A stretch of DNA of 64,000 nucleotides from Lachnospiraceae bacterium (GTDB taxonomy: Bacteria; Bacillota; Clostridia; Lachnospirales; Lachnospiraceae). The position numbers and the translations under genes were made by a program. Shown here piece by piece: positions 63,793 through 64,000 of this stretch. The notes beneath the pieces were generated by a model. The model was not told where the DNA came from. It did not search any database and saw only the letters and a list, made by a program, of their open reading frames with translations. The stretch spans positions 7,789 through 71,788 of the forward strand of contig JAIKXH010000161.1 in assembly GCA_024684215.1 (NCBI GenBank). Direction: 5' to 3'. How positions within the stretch are numbered: position 1 is the stretch's first letter; each line of letters begins with the position of its first letter.

Positions 63793-64000
63793 TTATTCCA
63801 TTATTATATTAAATACTTCGTCCGTACTTGATACTATTCTTTTTGCGCCTTTTTGGACCAGAAACTCTCTGCTTCTAAATCCCCAGTCCACAAGTATTTC
63901 ATCAAGTCCACTGTTCCTGGCTGTCATTATATCAACATCGGAGTCACCGATATAAACCGCTTCATCCTCTGAAAATCCCAAGCCGTCAAGAACTTTTTTA
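63793..64000 (-). CDS. HAD-superfamily hydrolase (phosphoglycolate phosphatase-like), 3' part only
   Basis: The reading frame stays open to the window edge (..KKVLDGLGFSEDEAVYIGDSDVDIMTARNSG..), with HAD motif IV GDSxxD. The N-terminus lies outside the window. Confidence 0.6.
   Translation of the reverse strand, partial: KKVLDGLGFSEDEAVYIGDSDVDIMTARNSGLDEILVDWGFRSREFLVQKGAKRIVSSTDEVFNIIME

Noticed and set aside
1-64000. Searched by eye for CRISPR arrays, IS or transposase ORFs, integrases, toxin-antitoxin pairs, restriction-modification and other defence genes
   Set aside because: None of the ORF translations shows DDE, tyrosine or serine recombinase, Cas, methyltransferase/endonuclease or typical TA motifs. 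No spacer-repeat architecture is present. The only repeats are the three small tandem arrays and the intragenic duplications reported above.

Overview
64-kb window that looks like a low-GC Gram-positive anaerobe (Clostridia/Lachnospiraceae-like; this is inferred from gene content and order only). I call 55 protein-coding genes, 50 of them on the minus strand. I found no rRNA, tRNA, CRISPR array, transposase, integrase or phage genes. There are three blocks. (1) 56-11414 is one tightly packed 14-gene minus-strand unit. It joins a NitT/TauT-type ABC importer and a leaderless SBP-fold protein to a MetY-type O-acetylhomoserine sulfhydrylase, a compact siroheme sulfite-reductase-like protein and a TusA-like protein. 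These are followed by a ThiS/MoaD-like ubiquitin-fold carrier ending in GGGC, a MoeB/ThiF E1, a JAMM protease, a siroheme-branch enzyme and a FecCD/BtuF-type ABC importer. I read this as a protein-thiocarboxylate sulfur-assimilation (homocysteine) system. It is the most unusual metabolic system in the window. (2) 13366-40743 is a ~26-kb single-strand arabinan/arabinose utilisation locus. It holds GH51, three GH43 genes, araA, an FGGY kinase and an Fsa/transaldolase, with a divergent long ArsR-family regulator. Embedded in it are two ATPase-less sugar ABC importers. They flank three large uncharacterised surface proteins: a 993-aa CBM-SBP fusion without a lipobox, an NHL-TPR-Yip1 membrane protein, and a 735-aa anchored protein. 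A LamG lipoprotein with an internal duplication follows. This module is my second candidate for an undescribed system. (3) 40910-64000 is housekeeping: MCP, cyclophilin, fba, lipid kinase, Crh-like HPr, whiA, rapZ, murB, glcK, hprK, uvrC, trmB, a PBP5-type carboxypeptidase, ftsH, an LtaS-family enzyme, nadD, an exonuclease, proS and a partial HAD hydrolase. Non-coding features seen directly include several intrinsic terminators and two perfect TTGACA-17-TATAAT promoters. There is also an AGTGAA-type palindrome set in the arabinan control region. Three small tandem repeat arrays occur: 3x26 bp, 4x~21 bp and 2x20 bp. All functional calls rest on motifs read by eye in the translations. No database search was run.
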